64,000 bases of DNA from Vicinamibacterales bacterium (GTDB lineage: Bacteria > Acidobacteriota > Vicinamibacteria > Vicinamibacterales > UBA2999). The stretch lies in the NCBI GenBank assembly GCA_035496255.1, contig DATJEU010000068.1:3256-67255 (forward strand), read 5' to 3'. Shown here in pieces: positions 27,068 to 36,414 of the stretch (its first letter is position 1; each line of letters begins with the position of its first letter). Below the pieces are notes generated by a model, which had not been told where the DNA came from, searched no databases, and worked only from the letters and a program-made list of their open reading frames with translations. The position numbers and the translations under genes were made by a program.

Positions 27068-27955
27068 ATGCGGCCGATGGTTCGTGTTCTCGCGACAATC
27101 GTTGCGCTCACCGCGATCGGTTCACCCGCCTTCGCCCAGAAGCAGGTGCAGTTGCTGACCATGGTGTCCGATCCCAACGGCGGTGAGGTCAGCACGCTCG
27201 AACCGAAAGACGTGCACGTCTTCGAAAACGGGCAGCCGGTCACCGTCACCAAGGTCGAACCGATGCAGCGCGTGGCGAAGGTGCAGATCCTGATCGACGA
27301 GGGATCGGGGATGCCGTCGGAAAGCATCGGCGATCTGCGCAAGGCCGTCGGCGGCCTGATTGCCGCGATTCCTCCCGGCGTCGAAACGACGCTGGTGACG
27401 ACGGCGCCGCAGCCGCGCTTCCTGGAGAAGGCGACGACCGATCACGACAAGCTGGTACAGGCAGTCAGCCGCCTTGCGCCAGACCAGGGCGTGGGGCACT
27501 TCGTCGACTCGCTGCTCGAAGCGGTGGAGCGCATCGACAAGGACCCGAACAAGGACGCGGTATACACGATCGTCACGCTCGGCACCACGTCCGGCGACGG
27601 CGACGCGCGCCAGGCCGACGTCAACAAGATCGTCGATCGCGTCCGCGCCCGGCAGACGGTCATCTACGCCGTCGTCTACAACAAGATCGGCTCGTCGGCG
27701 AGTTCCGGATCGATTCAGCTCGACCTGGCCCAGGCACTCGGCCCGGGGACCGGCGGCCGCGCTGAAATCATCAACATCCCGAACCGCCTGCTGACGCTGC
27801 TGCCGGAGATCGGCGCGCAGATGGCGAAGACGCTGGGACCCGGTGCGAAGCAATTTCGGATCACCGTGGACCGCAGCAGCGCCGGTGCACTCGGGGCGAT
27901 GTCGCTGAGCGTCGACGGCAAGGCCGCGAGCAACGTCAGGATAGAGCGGAAATAG
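27068..27955 (+). CDS. Secreted VWFA-related acidobacterial-domain-like protein
   Basis: GAGAGGAG lies before ATG 27068, followed by a signal peptide. KDVHVFENGQPVTVTKVEP and QILIDEGSGM resemble the TIGR03436 layout, more divergently than the copy at 47133. Confidence 0.7.
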   Translation: MRPMVRVLATIVALTAIGSPAFAQKQVQLLTMVSDPNGGEVSTLEPKDVHVFENGQPVTVTKVEPMQRVAKVQILIDEGSGMPSESIGDLRKAVGGLIAAIPPGVETTLVTTAPQPRFLEKATTDHDKLVQAVSRLAPDQGVGHFVDSLLEAVERIDKDPNKDAVYTIVTLGTTSGDGDARQADVNKIVDRVRARQTVIYAVVYNKIGSSASSGSIQLDLAQALGPGTGGRAEIINIPNRLLTLLPEIGAQMAKTLGPGAKQFRITVDRSSAGALGAMSLSVDGKAASNVRIERK

Positions 27956-29051
27956 CGAGACCGGCCGAGGACCGCGAGGCCGCGCCGCTCTTGTGGGCGC
28001 GGATCTCGTTGACCAGATCCAGGGCGCTGCGCGTGCACCGTGGCAGCGCCGCCTCGCTTACCGCAATCGGCGTCACCCGATCGCCCCAGCGCACCAGGTG
28101 TGCGCAGACGGTCAGCCCCGCACCAAAGGCCGGCATCAGGATCAGCGCGCCGGGCCGTACCCGTCCTTCGTGAATCGCCTCCGTGAGTGCCACCGGCACC
28201 GTGGCCGCGCTCATGTTGCCGTAGCGCTGCACGGTGAGCATCACCTTGTCCATCGGGATGCCGGTTCGACTCACCACCGCATCGATGATCCGCAGGTTGG
28301 CCTGGTGCGGTACCACGAGGTCGATCTCCTCCGGACGGACGCCGCACTTCGCGAGCACGGCGGCGCTCGCCTGCGTCATCCCGTGGACCGCGCGCTTGAA
28401 GATCTCCTGGCCGTCGAAGTCCCACTCGGTGTTGCCGAAGACGACGCCGCGATTCGCGTAGGCGCATCCCATGCCGCGCACGCGCAGCGTATGGCGGGCT
28501 TCGGCGATGCATCCCAGTTGCTCGCCGAGCACACCTTCCTCGCGCTCACTGGCCTGGACGACGACGGCCGCACAACCGTCGCCAAACAGAACCGCGACGT
28601 TGCGGTTCTCCCAATCGATGTACGGCGAAATCAGTTCAACCCCGATCACCACCGCGGTGCGGACGGTGCCGATGCGGATCATCGCCGACGCCGTCGACAA
28701 TCCATACAGGAAGGATGTGCACGCGGTGTTCAGATCGATCGCGGCGGCGCCTCGGGCGCCGAGCGCCGCCTGGACCCCCGAGGCGGAGTTCGGCACCTGC
28801 TCGTCGTTGCTGCAGCTGCCGTAGATGATCAGGTCGACGTCCGCCGCCTCGAGGCCGGCGCACGCGAGCGCCCGCCGCGCCGCGACCTCGGCCATGGCCG
28901 TCGCCGACACGTGCGAGATCCGCCGTTCCCGCATGCCGGTGCGGGTCACGATCCATTCGTCGCTGGTGTCGAGGAACGTGGAAAGGTCGTCGTTCGAAAG
29001 CACCGCCGGTGGCATGGCGGCGCCCCATCCGGTGATCGCAGCGTAGGTCAT
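27936..29051 (-). CDS. Beta-ketoacyl-ACP synthase III-like (FabH/KAS III family) with ~47-aa C-terminal extension
   Basis: TSDEWIVTRTGMRERR, active Cys in ACTSFLYGL, VVPHQANLRII, GNMSAATVPVAL. The usual family end ...LVRWG is followed by extra residues that overlap the convergent gene by 20 bp. Confidence 0.9.
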   Translation of the reverse strand: MTYAAITGWGAAMPPAVLSNDDLSTFLDTSDEWIVTRTGMRERRISHVSATAMAEVAARRALACAGLEAADVDLIIYGSCSNDEQVPNSASGVQAALGARGAAAIDLNTACTSFLYGLSTASAMIRIGTVRTAVVIGVELISPYIDWENRNVAVLFGDGCAAVVVQASEREEGVLGEQLGCIAEARHTLRVRGMGCAYANRGVVFGNTEWDFDGQEIFKRAVHGMTQASAAVLAKCGVRPEEIDLVVPHQANLRIIDAVVSRTGIPMDKVMLTVQRYGNMSAATVPVALTEAIHEGRVRPGALILMPAFGAGLTVCAHLVRWGDRVTPIAVSEAALPRCTRSALDLVNEIRAHKSGAASRSSAGLAISALS

Positions 29052-29328
29052 TGAGGAGCCGGACCGAGTATATGCTCCGTGGGCGGCGGCGCGGCTCCGA
29101 ACAGCAGGCGTCCCACGCGCGGACGCCGCCGTGGCTGGCGGCGCGAAGACCCTGCTGAAATGGCCCGCCTTTCAGCGGCACAGAACCGCACCCCTGGCCC
29201 GCGTATTGCCGAGCGATTCGCATGCCTCGCCTGCTGCGATCCAATATCGATCGCGCGTGTGAGCGACATTCGGTCGTGGCCGTCGTCCAACGTCGTCTCC
29301 GTCGTGGCGTCTTTTGTCCAGGCGTCAA

Positions 29329-30147
29329 TTACATGCGCTCTCGCGGCACGGCGAACACGTCGAAGTGCCGCCATCGCACGACGTCCTCGCGTGAAAGCTC
29401 TTCGCCCTGGTACTCGCTCGGCGTCCAGCGGAATACTCGATATCCGGCGCCGTGGAGATCGTCGAAGAAGCCGTAGCGCTCGGTCGCCGGCAGGTGCTTG
29501 AAGAATTCCGCGCGGATGTACGGCCGCGTCAGCTCGATGAGCGGCGCGAGCGATCGCACGACCTGGCGATCGAATCCTTCGGTATCCACCTTCACGTAAC
29601 GAATGCGTGCACGCTCGGCCGCGTGATGCGTGCGCAAGTAGGCATCAAGGTTCCGCCCCAGCACGCGCAGGCGGCTGAAATGCCCATGCCGCCACCGGTC
29701 CTGCCAGCGGTGCGCGCCGCCGTTGCAGAACCCGTCGTCCGAGTAACAGAACTCGAACTCGCCATCCTCCGGCGTCGCCGCGAACATCAACGGGACGATG
29801 TGCGTGCGATCGGGATTGAGGCGGGCAGTCGTCTGCAGGACTTCGAAGACATACGGATTCGGCTCGAGGGCAAAGACGACGCCCGATCGACCGGCCGCGA
29901 GTGCCATCGGCACGGTCGAATCGCCCGTGTGCGCGCCGATGTCGATGGCGGCGTCGCCTTCGGAGAGGAACCGGCGCAGTACGGTGACTTCGTCCTGATC
30001 GACGTGTGTCGGCTTCTCGCCCGGATGCTGCCACTGCGCCAGGTCCACCGCGCCGTCGATCGGCAGCGTGAACGTGGCGATCGTATGCGGGTAGCGCTTC
30101 GGCGCTCGATGACGCTGAAACGCGCGCGGCAGATCGCGCAGCTTCAC
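29329..30147 (-). CDS. FkbM-family methyltransferase
   Basis: IDIGAHTGDSTVPMA, VFALEPNPYVF and YVKVDTEGFDRQVV motifs. Start uncertain: GTG 30147 was chosen to avoid overlapping the upstream gene. Confidence 0.75.
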   Translation of the reverse strand: MKLRDLPRAFQRHRAPKRYPHTIATFTLPIDGAVDLAQWQHPGEKPTHVDQDEVTVLRRFLSEGDAAIDIGAHTGDSTVPMALAAGRSGVVFALEPNPYVFEVLQTTARLNPDRTHIVPLMFAATPEDGEFEFCYSDDGFCNGGAHRWQDRWRHGHFSRLRVLGRNLDAYLRTHHAAERARIRYVKVDTEGFDRQVVRSLAPLIELTRPYIRAEFFKHLPATERYGFFDDLHGAGYRVFRWTPSEYQGEELSREDVVRWRHFDVFAVPRERM

Positions 30148-30166
30148 GGACGAATGCGCGGCGGGA

Positions 30167-31297
30167 TCACTTTGCCGGCGCCAGCAGATCGGCCTCAGGC
30201 GACGGTGACGTGGGGTTGACCGGCGAGGCGAGGTACCGCGCGAAAAACGGCAGCGTGTTCCGCTCGATCCGTTCCTTGATGCGATTGGTGTGGTCGCCGT
30301 CGTATTCCTCGAACCCGTGCCGGATGCCAAGCTTCGTCATCAACTCGTGCAGCTGCACGTTCGAGCGGTACAGCGGATCCTTCGTCCCGACTTCCATGCC
30401 GATCGAGAAATAGAGTTTGAGCTTGTCGGCGTACTGCGGCAGTGCTTCGAGCGGTGCATTCGCCACCCATTTCGCCACGATCTCCGGACGCACCTTGCCG
30501 TTCTCCACCGGCAGATCGAAGAACAGCGGCGGCCGCGATGGATTCGGTGACCAGGCGGCCGCCGAGGCCAGCGTGGTCGAGACGCCGAACCCGGGAGCTT
30601 TCGCGGCTTCCTCCGCCTGTTCGCGTGTCTTGATCGCTTCGGCGGCGGCCATCGACTGCGGTGACGGGTTGCGGTCGGCGGCCAAACAGCACGAGCTCAT
30701 GAGATACAGACTGGAAAACACCTCCGGCCGTTTCATGCCGATGCGCAGCGCGCCGTAGCCGCCCATCGAATGCCCGCCGAGCCCGCGGCTCATGCGCGTG
30801 GCCAGCGTCCGGTAGTGGCCGTCGATGTAGGCGACCAGGTCGTCGGCGATGAACGCCTCCCAGTTTCCCGTCGTCGGCGAGTTCGAATACATGCTGCCCT
30901 TGTGCAGCGTGAACGCACTGGGCATGACGTAGATGGCCGAACTGAAGCCCTGCGCGACGTCGAGACGATCGCCGCTCTCCTGAATGTTCGCGAGCCGCGC
31001 CGTGAACGTATCTTCCTTGCCGGTGTAACCGTGCAACAGGTAGACGACTGGGAATCGGCGCATCTGATCGCCGAGATAGCTTGGCGGCAGATAGACGTTG
31101 ACATCGCGGTCCGGTGAATCGCCCTCGAGATTGCCTTCGAGCGACTTGCCGTGCACGGTGATGTGCTCGACTCGTCCGACGCGTGGTCCACCGCCCGGCG
31201 CCCCCCCGCCACGACCGCCTCGCCCCTGCGCATCCGGCCGCGCGATCCATCCGCACGCGAGCACCGCGACCACCGCAACTGCCGTCCTGAACCTCAT
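30167..31297 (-). CDS. Secreted esterase-family alpha/beta hydrolase (putative-esterase / esterase D-like)
   Basis: GGAGAG lies before ATG 31297, followed by a signal peptide. VVYLLHGYTG and nucleophile elbow GGHSMGGYGAL. Confidence 0.85.
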   Translation of the reverse strand: MRFRTAVAVVAVLACGWIARPDAQGRGGRGGGAPGGGPRVGRVEHITVHGKSLEGNLEGDSPDRDVNVYLPPSYLGDQMRRFPVVYLLHGYTGKEDTFTARLANIQESGDRLDVAQGFSSAIYVMPSAFTLHKGSMYSNSPTTGNWEAFIADDLVAYIDGHYRTLATRMSRGLGGHSMGGYGALRIGMKRPEVFSSLYLMSSCCLAADRNPSPQSMAAAEAIKTREQAEEAAKAPGFGVSTTLASAAAWSPNPSRPPLFFDLPVENGKVRPEIVAKWVANAPLEALPQYADKLKLYFSIGMEVGTKDPLYRSNVQLHELMTKLGIRHGFEEYDGDHTNRIKERIERNTLPFFARYLASPVNPTSPSPEADLLAPAK

Positions 31298-31357
31298 GTC
31301 ATCTCTCCGCGCGCGTGATTCTCGCACGCGCGCCACGCTGGTGGTGTCCAAGTATCC

Positions 31358-31603
31358 TCAAAGCCTTTCCGGGCAACGAAGGTTGCGAAGAATCAACGGC
31401 TGTGGCGCCGCGGCGAGCAGCGTTGCGGCTGTCCAGTCTGCGTCGGGACAGCCGCGGGCACGGAGCTCGCGAACCTCTTCTTCGACGTTGTACTCGACCC
31501 GCCGGACGACGACGGCATCCGGTGCGCGCATCTGGATATCAGCGACGACAGCGTCCAACGCGGTGAGGTTGGCGTGAATATCCGACAGGACCGCGCCGCG
31601 CAC
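31358..31603 (-). pseudogene. Relic of a YfcE/MJ0936-type metallophosphoesterase with in-frame internal deletion
   Basis: N-terminus GAVLSDIHANLTALDAVVADI (motif I) joins directly to a C-terminal-type segment RRVEYNVEEEVRELRARG. It is 81 aa, versus about 230-250 aa for the family by my recollection. Confidence 0.5.
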
Positions 31604-31615
31604 GTGCGGGTGTGG

Positions 31616-33436
31616 TCAGCGCGACAGCGCGCGCACCGCGTCGGCGTGGCCGAGACGACGCGCCTGCTGCAATGGCGTGCGCCCGTCGTCGTTCTTGATC
31701 CCGGGATTGGCGCCTGCGGCGAGCAGCGCCTTCAGCGTCCGCTGATCGCCCTGATCCACGGTTGCCGCGTACATCAGCGGCGTATACCCGGCATCATCGA
31801 GTGCGTTGATCGGCACGCCGGCGTTGGCGAGCAGCGGGATGATCGTGTCGCGGTTCGTGATTGCCGCCCAATGGAGCAGGTTCACGCCGGTTCCGTCGAC
31901 GCCAGTGACGTCGCCACCAGCACTGATCAGCGTGGCGACGACGTCGTGATGGCCGAAGGTGATCGCCTCGGATATGGCCTGGCCCGACGGCTTCGCGCCA
32001 TGCTTGAGGAGAACCGCCACCGTGTCCGGGTCGCCGGCGAGCGAAGCCGCGACGATCGGGGAATGTCGAACCCGGACGCCTTCGGGCGGCTGCGCATCCG
32101 CGCCGGCGTCGAGCAGCGCAGCGACCGATGCGGCGGTGCCGACGTGCGTGGCGGCGATCGTCAAGGCGTCCATGCCGCTCCTGCCGCGCGCGTGCACGTC
32201 CGCGCCGTGCGCGATCAGCAGGCGCGTCGTGTCAGCGTCCAGTGCCGAGGCCATCAACACCGTCGTGCCTGCCGCAGTCTTGCTGTTCGGATCGAGACCC
32301 CCGGCGAGCGCCGTCGCCATCTCCTTCGCGCTGCCAAAGAGTGCCGCGCGCAACCAGCCTGGCGCGGTCGCAGTCCCAGGTGCCGCCGGAGCGATCGTCG
32401 CTGGCGTTTCCGGAAGCGATGACAACAACGCCATCACGGCCCAGCAGGTGCCGGCGTACGAGAGGAATTCGTCCTTCGCGTACGGGAAGCCGGTGTGAAA
32501 GTACGGCGGGCTGATGTCCGCCGGCGAGATCATGCGCGTGCGGACGTGCCAGGTGCCGTCGGCGGCCTGCGTCGTGATCAGGAAGCGCGCGCCGCGCTGC
32601 CATTCTGGCGTGGCTGTGGCCACGCCCGCCGCACGCAGCGCGTACAGCGCTTCACCGGTCGAATACGCGTCCGCCGCGTAGCCGGGCAACTGTGACCAGC
32701 CGCCCGCAGGCTGCTGCATCGAGAGCAGTGTTCGCGCGGCGGAAGCAATCGTCTCCGCCGGCGCGCCGGCCCAAATCAATCCGAGCAGCCGGAAGGTGGC
32801 ATCCTCCGTCGAGTTCGGCCACGTCGTGGTCAACCATGTCGCTGCTCTGCGCAGCACCGCGTCACGTTCGCCGACAAGCTCGGGCGGCATGTACGTGGCG
32901 ATCGCGCGGACAGCCGTCGCGGTCGCTGTGAACTCGCTGCTGGAATGGGGCGGCCGGAAATCGGATGTCATCCATCGCCCATCGGGACGCTGCCAGTGTG
33001 CGAGCCGCCGCGCAATGACTGCCGTGGTCAGATCAGCGGGCATGCCGGCGGCGTGCGCGGACATCAGCAACAGGCTCTCGTTTGGAGTCGGGTCCGACAC
33101 TCCAGCGGCCTGAATGGCGTCGTCAATAGACGTAGCGCTGCGGAGCTCGCGAAATGTCTTCGTCTCGACCGCGTCGAGCACCGCCGGATCGATTCTGATG
33201 CCACGCTGGTCAGCCAGCCGCAGCGTCATCACCGACAGCGCGTTATGGTGGCAGGAGAAGCAGGACTGCTTCCTGACGAACGTCTGCGCGGACTTCTGCA
33301 GGATCGGCAGCACCCGGACGACTGCCGCTCGCGCCTGCTGTTCCGATGCGTGTGCAGGCTGCGCCATGGCGACGGCGGTCAGCAGGAAGGCAATGAAACG
33401 CACCCGGTCAATATATCGCCTCTCGAACGGTGCCAT
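31616..33436 (-). CDS. Secreted CxxCH motif + prenyltransferase/squalene-oxidase-like repeats + C-terminal ankyrin repeats
   Basis: Signal peptide, then SCFSCHHNA. QQPAGGWSQ and QAADGTWH are alpha-alpha-toroid-type repeats. At least 6 ANK units follow (GTTVLMASA, GADVHARG, GYTPLMYAA, GRTPLQQA). Start set at ATG 33436 to stay outside the REP. Confidence 0.85.
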   Translation of the reverse strand: MAPFERRYIDRVRFIAFLLTAVAMAQPAHASEQQARAAVVRVLPILQKSAQTFVRKQSCFSCHHNALSVMTLRLADQRGIRIDPAVLDAVETKTFRELRSATSIDDAIQAAGVSDPTPNESLLLMSAHAAGMPADLTTAVIARRLAHWQRPDGRWMTSDFRPPHSSSEFTATATAVRAIATYMPPELVGERDAVLRRAATWLTTTWPNSTEDATFRLLGLIWAGAPAETIASAARTLLSMQQPAGGWSQLPGYAADAYSTGEALYALRAAGVATATPEWQRGARFLITTQAADGTWHVRTRMISPADISPPYFHTGFPYAKDEFLSYAGTCWAVMALLSSLPETPATIAPAAPGTATAPGWLRAALFGSAKEMATALAGGLDPNSKTAAGTTVLMASALDADTTRLLIAHGADVHARGRSGMDALTIAATHVGTAASVAALLDAGADAQPPEGVRVRHSPIVAASLAGDPDTVAVLLKHGAKPSGQAISEAITFGHHDVVATLISAGGDVTGVDGTGVNLLHWAAITNRDTIIPLLANAGVPINALDDAGYTPLMYAATVDQGDQRTLKALLAAGANPGIKNDDGRTPLQQARRLGHADAVRALSR

Positions 33437-33445
33437 GTCTGACTC

Positions 33446-33530
33446 GTAGGGGCGGGGCTTCAACCCCGCCCCCGAGCGTGGTGAATGACCGGCCTTCCGG
33501 CCGCGAGCGGGTCTGAAGACCCGCCCCTAC
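33446..33530. repeat. Inverted pair of GTAG-headed REP elements (BIME-like)
   Basis: 33446-33473 is GTAGGGGCGGGGCTTCAACCCCGCCCCC. The minus strand of 33505-33530 reads GTAGGGGCGGGTCTTCAGACCCGCTC. A small cggcc-ttcc-ggccg hairpin lies between them. Confidence 0.85.
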
Positions 33531-33542
33531 AGGAATCCGCCC

Positions 33543-35333
33543 CTATGCCGAGCGCTGGTGGGCGGGTTTCTCGGCGCGCGCCAGGTTGTGGGCCGTCGTG
33601 ACGAGCGCGATGTGGGAAAACGCCTGCGGGAAGTTGCCGACGAGACAGCGGCGGCCGACGTCGTACTCCTCTGACAGCAGGCCGAGGTCGGTTCGAAGCG
33701 ACAACAGCCGCTCGAACAGCCGGCGTGCTTCATCGAGCCGTCCGGTGAGGGCGTACGCGTCGGCGAGCCAGAAGGTGCACGCGAGGAACGCGCCCTCGCC
33801 CGGCGGCAGCCCGTCATTGGCCTTCTCGGTCCGATAGCGAAGCACGAAGTCGTCGGTCATGAGCTCGCGTTCGATCGCCGCGATGGTGCCGCAAATCCGT
33901 GGATCGGAGGGCGGCAGGAAGCCGGTCGTCGGGAGCAGCAGCAGACTCGCATCGAGTTCCTTCGATCCATACGCCTGCACGAACGTCCCGCGCCGCGCGT
34001 CGTAGCCGTGCTCACAGACCTCGCGATGCACCTGCTCGCGAAGGGCCCGCCACCGCTCGAGCGGGCCGTCCATCTCCATCATTTCGGCGTTGCGGATGCC
34101 GCGGTCGAGCGCGACCCACGCCATCACCTTGGAGTAAGTGAAGTGGCGCGCGGGTCCGCGCACTTCCCACATGCCCTGGTCGGGCTGGTTCCAGATCGTC
34201 TCGAGATGCGTCAGCAGCGTCCGTTGAAACGCCCAGTCCTGTTCACGCGTCTGCAGTCCGCCCTCGCGCGACTGGTGCAGCGCGTCCATCACTTCGCCGA
34301 ACACATCCAGTTGCAACTGGCCATGCGCGGCGTTGCCGACCCGCACGGGCAGTGATCCGGCGTACCCGGGCAGCGTCGACACTTCGAGTTCCGGCAGCCG
34401 GCGCTCGCCGGCGATGCCGTACATGATCTGCAACTGCGATGGCGCGCCGGCCGCGGCCCGCAGCAGCCAGTCACGCCAGGCCTTGGCTTCGTCGTAGTAG
34501 CCGGCGTTCATCAACGAGAGCAGCGTCAGCGTCGCATCGCGCAGCCAGCAGAACCGGTAATCCCAGTTGCGCGCTCCGCCGATCTGCTCGGGCAGCGACG
34601 TCGTCGGCGCTGCGACGATGCCGCCGGTCGGCGCATAGGTCAGTGCCTTCAAGGTGATCAGCGAGCGCGTGACCGCCTCGCCCCACTCGCCCTGCGATTT
34701 GCTCTTCTCCGCCCACTCGCTCCAGAACGTCTCGGTGCCTTCGAGCGACGCCTCGGGGTCGATCGGATCGGGGAGCGGCCCGTATGAGGGCGCATGCGTG
34801 AGGATGAAAGGGACGGTCTCGCCGGCGGCGACCTCGAATTCGCAGACGGTGGTCATGTCCTTGCCGCGCATCGGCACCGGTGTGCGCAGGGCCACCATCT
34901 CCGGTCCTGCAATCGCCCGGATCGTGCCGTCCTCGAGGCGATTGACCCACGGAATCGACAGGCCGTAGTCGAACCGGAGAATCAGCTCGGTACGCAGGCG
35001 AATGCGGCCGCGCCTGCCGCGCACCAGCCGCACGATGTCCGAGTTGCGGCCGCGTGGCGGCATGAAGTCGATCACGGTGGCCGCGCCGCCGGCGTCCTCC
35101 ACGTCGGTTTCGAGGATCAGCGTGTTCCCGCGATAGCGTCGGCTGCGCCGCGCGCCGGTGTCGATCGGCTCGATCGTCCAGCGACCATGCTCCGGCTCGC
35201 CGAGCAGAGCAGCGAAGCAGGCGGCGGAATCGAACCGCGGCCAGCACAGCCAGTCGATCGAGCCGTTGCGCGACACCAGCGCTGCCGTTTCGCAGTCGCC
35301 GATCAATGCGTAATCCTCGAGCGGTGCACTCAT
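33543..35333 (-). CDS. Glycoside hydrolase family 15 (glucoamylase/trehalase-like)
   Basis: LEDYALIGDCETAALVSRNGSIDWLCWPRFDS N-terminus, NWDYRFCWLRDA and EEYD catalytic-region motifs. Confidence 0.9.
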   Translation of the reverse strand: MSAPLEDYALIGDCETAALVSRNGSIDWLCWPRFDSAACFAALLGEPEHGRWTIEPIDTGARRSRRYRGNTLILETDVEDAGGAATVIDFMPPRGRNSDIVRLVRGRRGRIRLRTELILRFDYGLSIPWVNRLEDGTIRAIAGPEMVALRTPVPMRGKDMTTVCEFEVAAGETVPFILTHAPSYGPLPDPIDPEASLEGTETFWSEWAEKSKSQGEWGEAVTRSLITLKALTYAPTGGIVAAPTTSLPEQIGGARNWDYRFCWLRDATLTLLSLMNAGYYDEAKAWRDWLLRAAAGAPSQLQIMYGIAGERRLPELEVSTLPGYAGSLPVRVGNAAHGQLQLDVFGEVMDALHQSREGGLQTREQDWAFQRTLLTHLETIWNQPDQGMWEVRGPARHFTYSKVMAWVALDRGIRNAEMMEMDGPLERWRALREQVHREVCEHGYDARRGTFVQAYGSKELDASLLLLPTTGFLPPSDPRICGTIAAIERELMTDDFVLRYRTEKANDGLPPGEGAFLACTFWLADAYALTGRLDEARRLFERLLSLRTDLGLLSEEYDVGRRCLVGNFPQAFSHIALVTTAHNLARAEKPAHQRSA

Positions 35334-36385
35334 GCCGCGTGAGCGAACTGGATAATCACTTTGACATCGTCCGGTTGTCGCGCCAGCGCGTCACGGAAGC
35401 CGGTGAGCGGCACGCGTCGGGTGATCAGTCGCGCGAGCCAGGCGTGATCGGCGGCGGCCAGCGCCGCGGCGGCAAGGTCGTAGTGGCTGCGATTGGCGTT
35501 CACGGATCCAAAGACCGCGTCGTTCTCGAGCACCATGCGAGCGTTGACGACACCGAGATCGAGGTTGATCGTATGGCCGCCCGAGGAGACGCCGGCCAGA
35601 CAGACGATACCGGAGGCACCGCTGCGCGTCACAACATCTGCAATCACCGGAGTGGCGCCGGTGCACTCGATGATGACGTCCGGACGCAGATCCCCGAGCA
35701 CCGCGATGTCGCCGCCGTGATAGCGCGCGCCGATCGATCGGGCGAGATCGGGCTTGGGACCGCTGGTCACGCGATCGTAGACGTGCACCTCGAGGCCGCG
35801 CTGCCGGCCAAGCAGCGCCGCGAGCAGGCCAATCGGGCCCGCGCCGGTCACCAGCGCGACGCGCGGATGCCACGCCCTCGAGCGATGGCCGATCCGTTCG
35901 GCGTGGTCCCACGCCTTGGCGACAACGCTGGTTGGCTCGAGCAACACACCGAGAACGCCCAGTGCCGGATCGACCCGCACCGCGAATTCCGGTTCGATCC
36001 GGATCTGCTCCGCGCCGTAGCCGTCGCGCTGTTTGATGCCGCGCTCGGTGTAGCGGCCGTTGCTGCACATGTCCCACTCACCGATCGCGCAGTACGGGCA
36101 GGGGACCGGATCGGGCCGCCTGACGATGCCGGCGATCAGGTCACCGGCGCTCAACCCCGAACCTTCGGGCGCCGAGATGACGCGCGCGATCGATTCGTGC
36201 CCGAGAATCAGCTCCTGCCTGCCTGGCGGAGCCCAACCGTAGTGGCCGTCGATGATTTCGATGTCCGTGCCGCACACGCCGACGGCCAGCGTCTGCGCGA
36301 GCACCGCACCGTCGCCGGCCGGTTCGTTGACGTCCACAAGCCGAACCGAGTTGGCCACTCCAGGCCGTGTGACGAGCGCGCGCAT
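35330..36385 (-). CDS. Zinc-dependent glucose 1-dehydrogenase-like MDR oxidoreductase
   Basis: Start trimmed to MRALVTRPG (ATG 36385). VGVCGTDIEIIDGHYG and LGHES zinc motifs, GAGPIGLL Rossmann motif. Stop overlaps the GH15 ATG. Confidence 0.85.
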   Translation of the reverse strand: MRALVTRPGVANSVRLVDVNEPAGDGAVLAQTLAVGVCGTDIEIIDGHYGWAPPGRQELILGHESIARVISAPEGSGLSAGDLIAGIVRRPDPVPCPYCAIGEWDMCSNGRYTERGIKQRDGYGAEQIRIEPEFAVRVDPALGVLGVLLEPTSVVAKAWDHAERIGHRSRAWHPRVALVTGAGPIGLLAALLGRQRGLEVHVYDRVTSGPKPDLARSIGARYHGGDIAVLGDLRPDVIIECTGATPVIADVVTRSGASGIVCLAGVSSGGHTINLDLGVVNARMVLENDAVFGSVNANRSHYDLAAAALAAADHAWLARLITRRVPLTGFRDALARQPDDVKVIIQFAHAA

Positions 36386-36414
36386 GCGGCGGGTGCGTGC
36401 ACGATCCGTGCGCG

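Noticed and set aside
30195-31256. 353-aa minus-strand ORF in an alternative frame of the esterase gene
   Set aside because: It is on the same strand but off-frame. Only the 30167-31297 frame carries the signal peptide and the GHSMGG nucleophile elbow.
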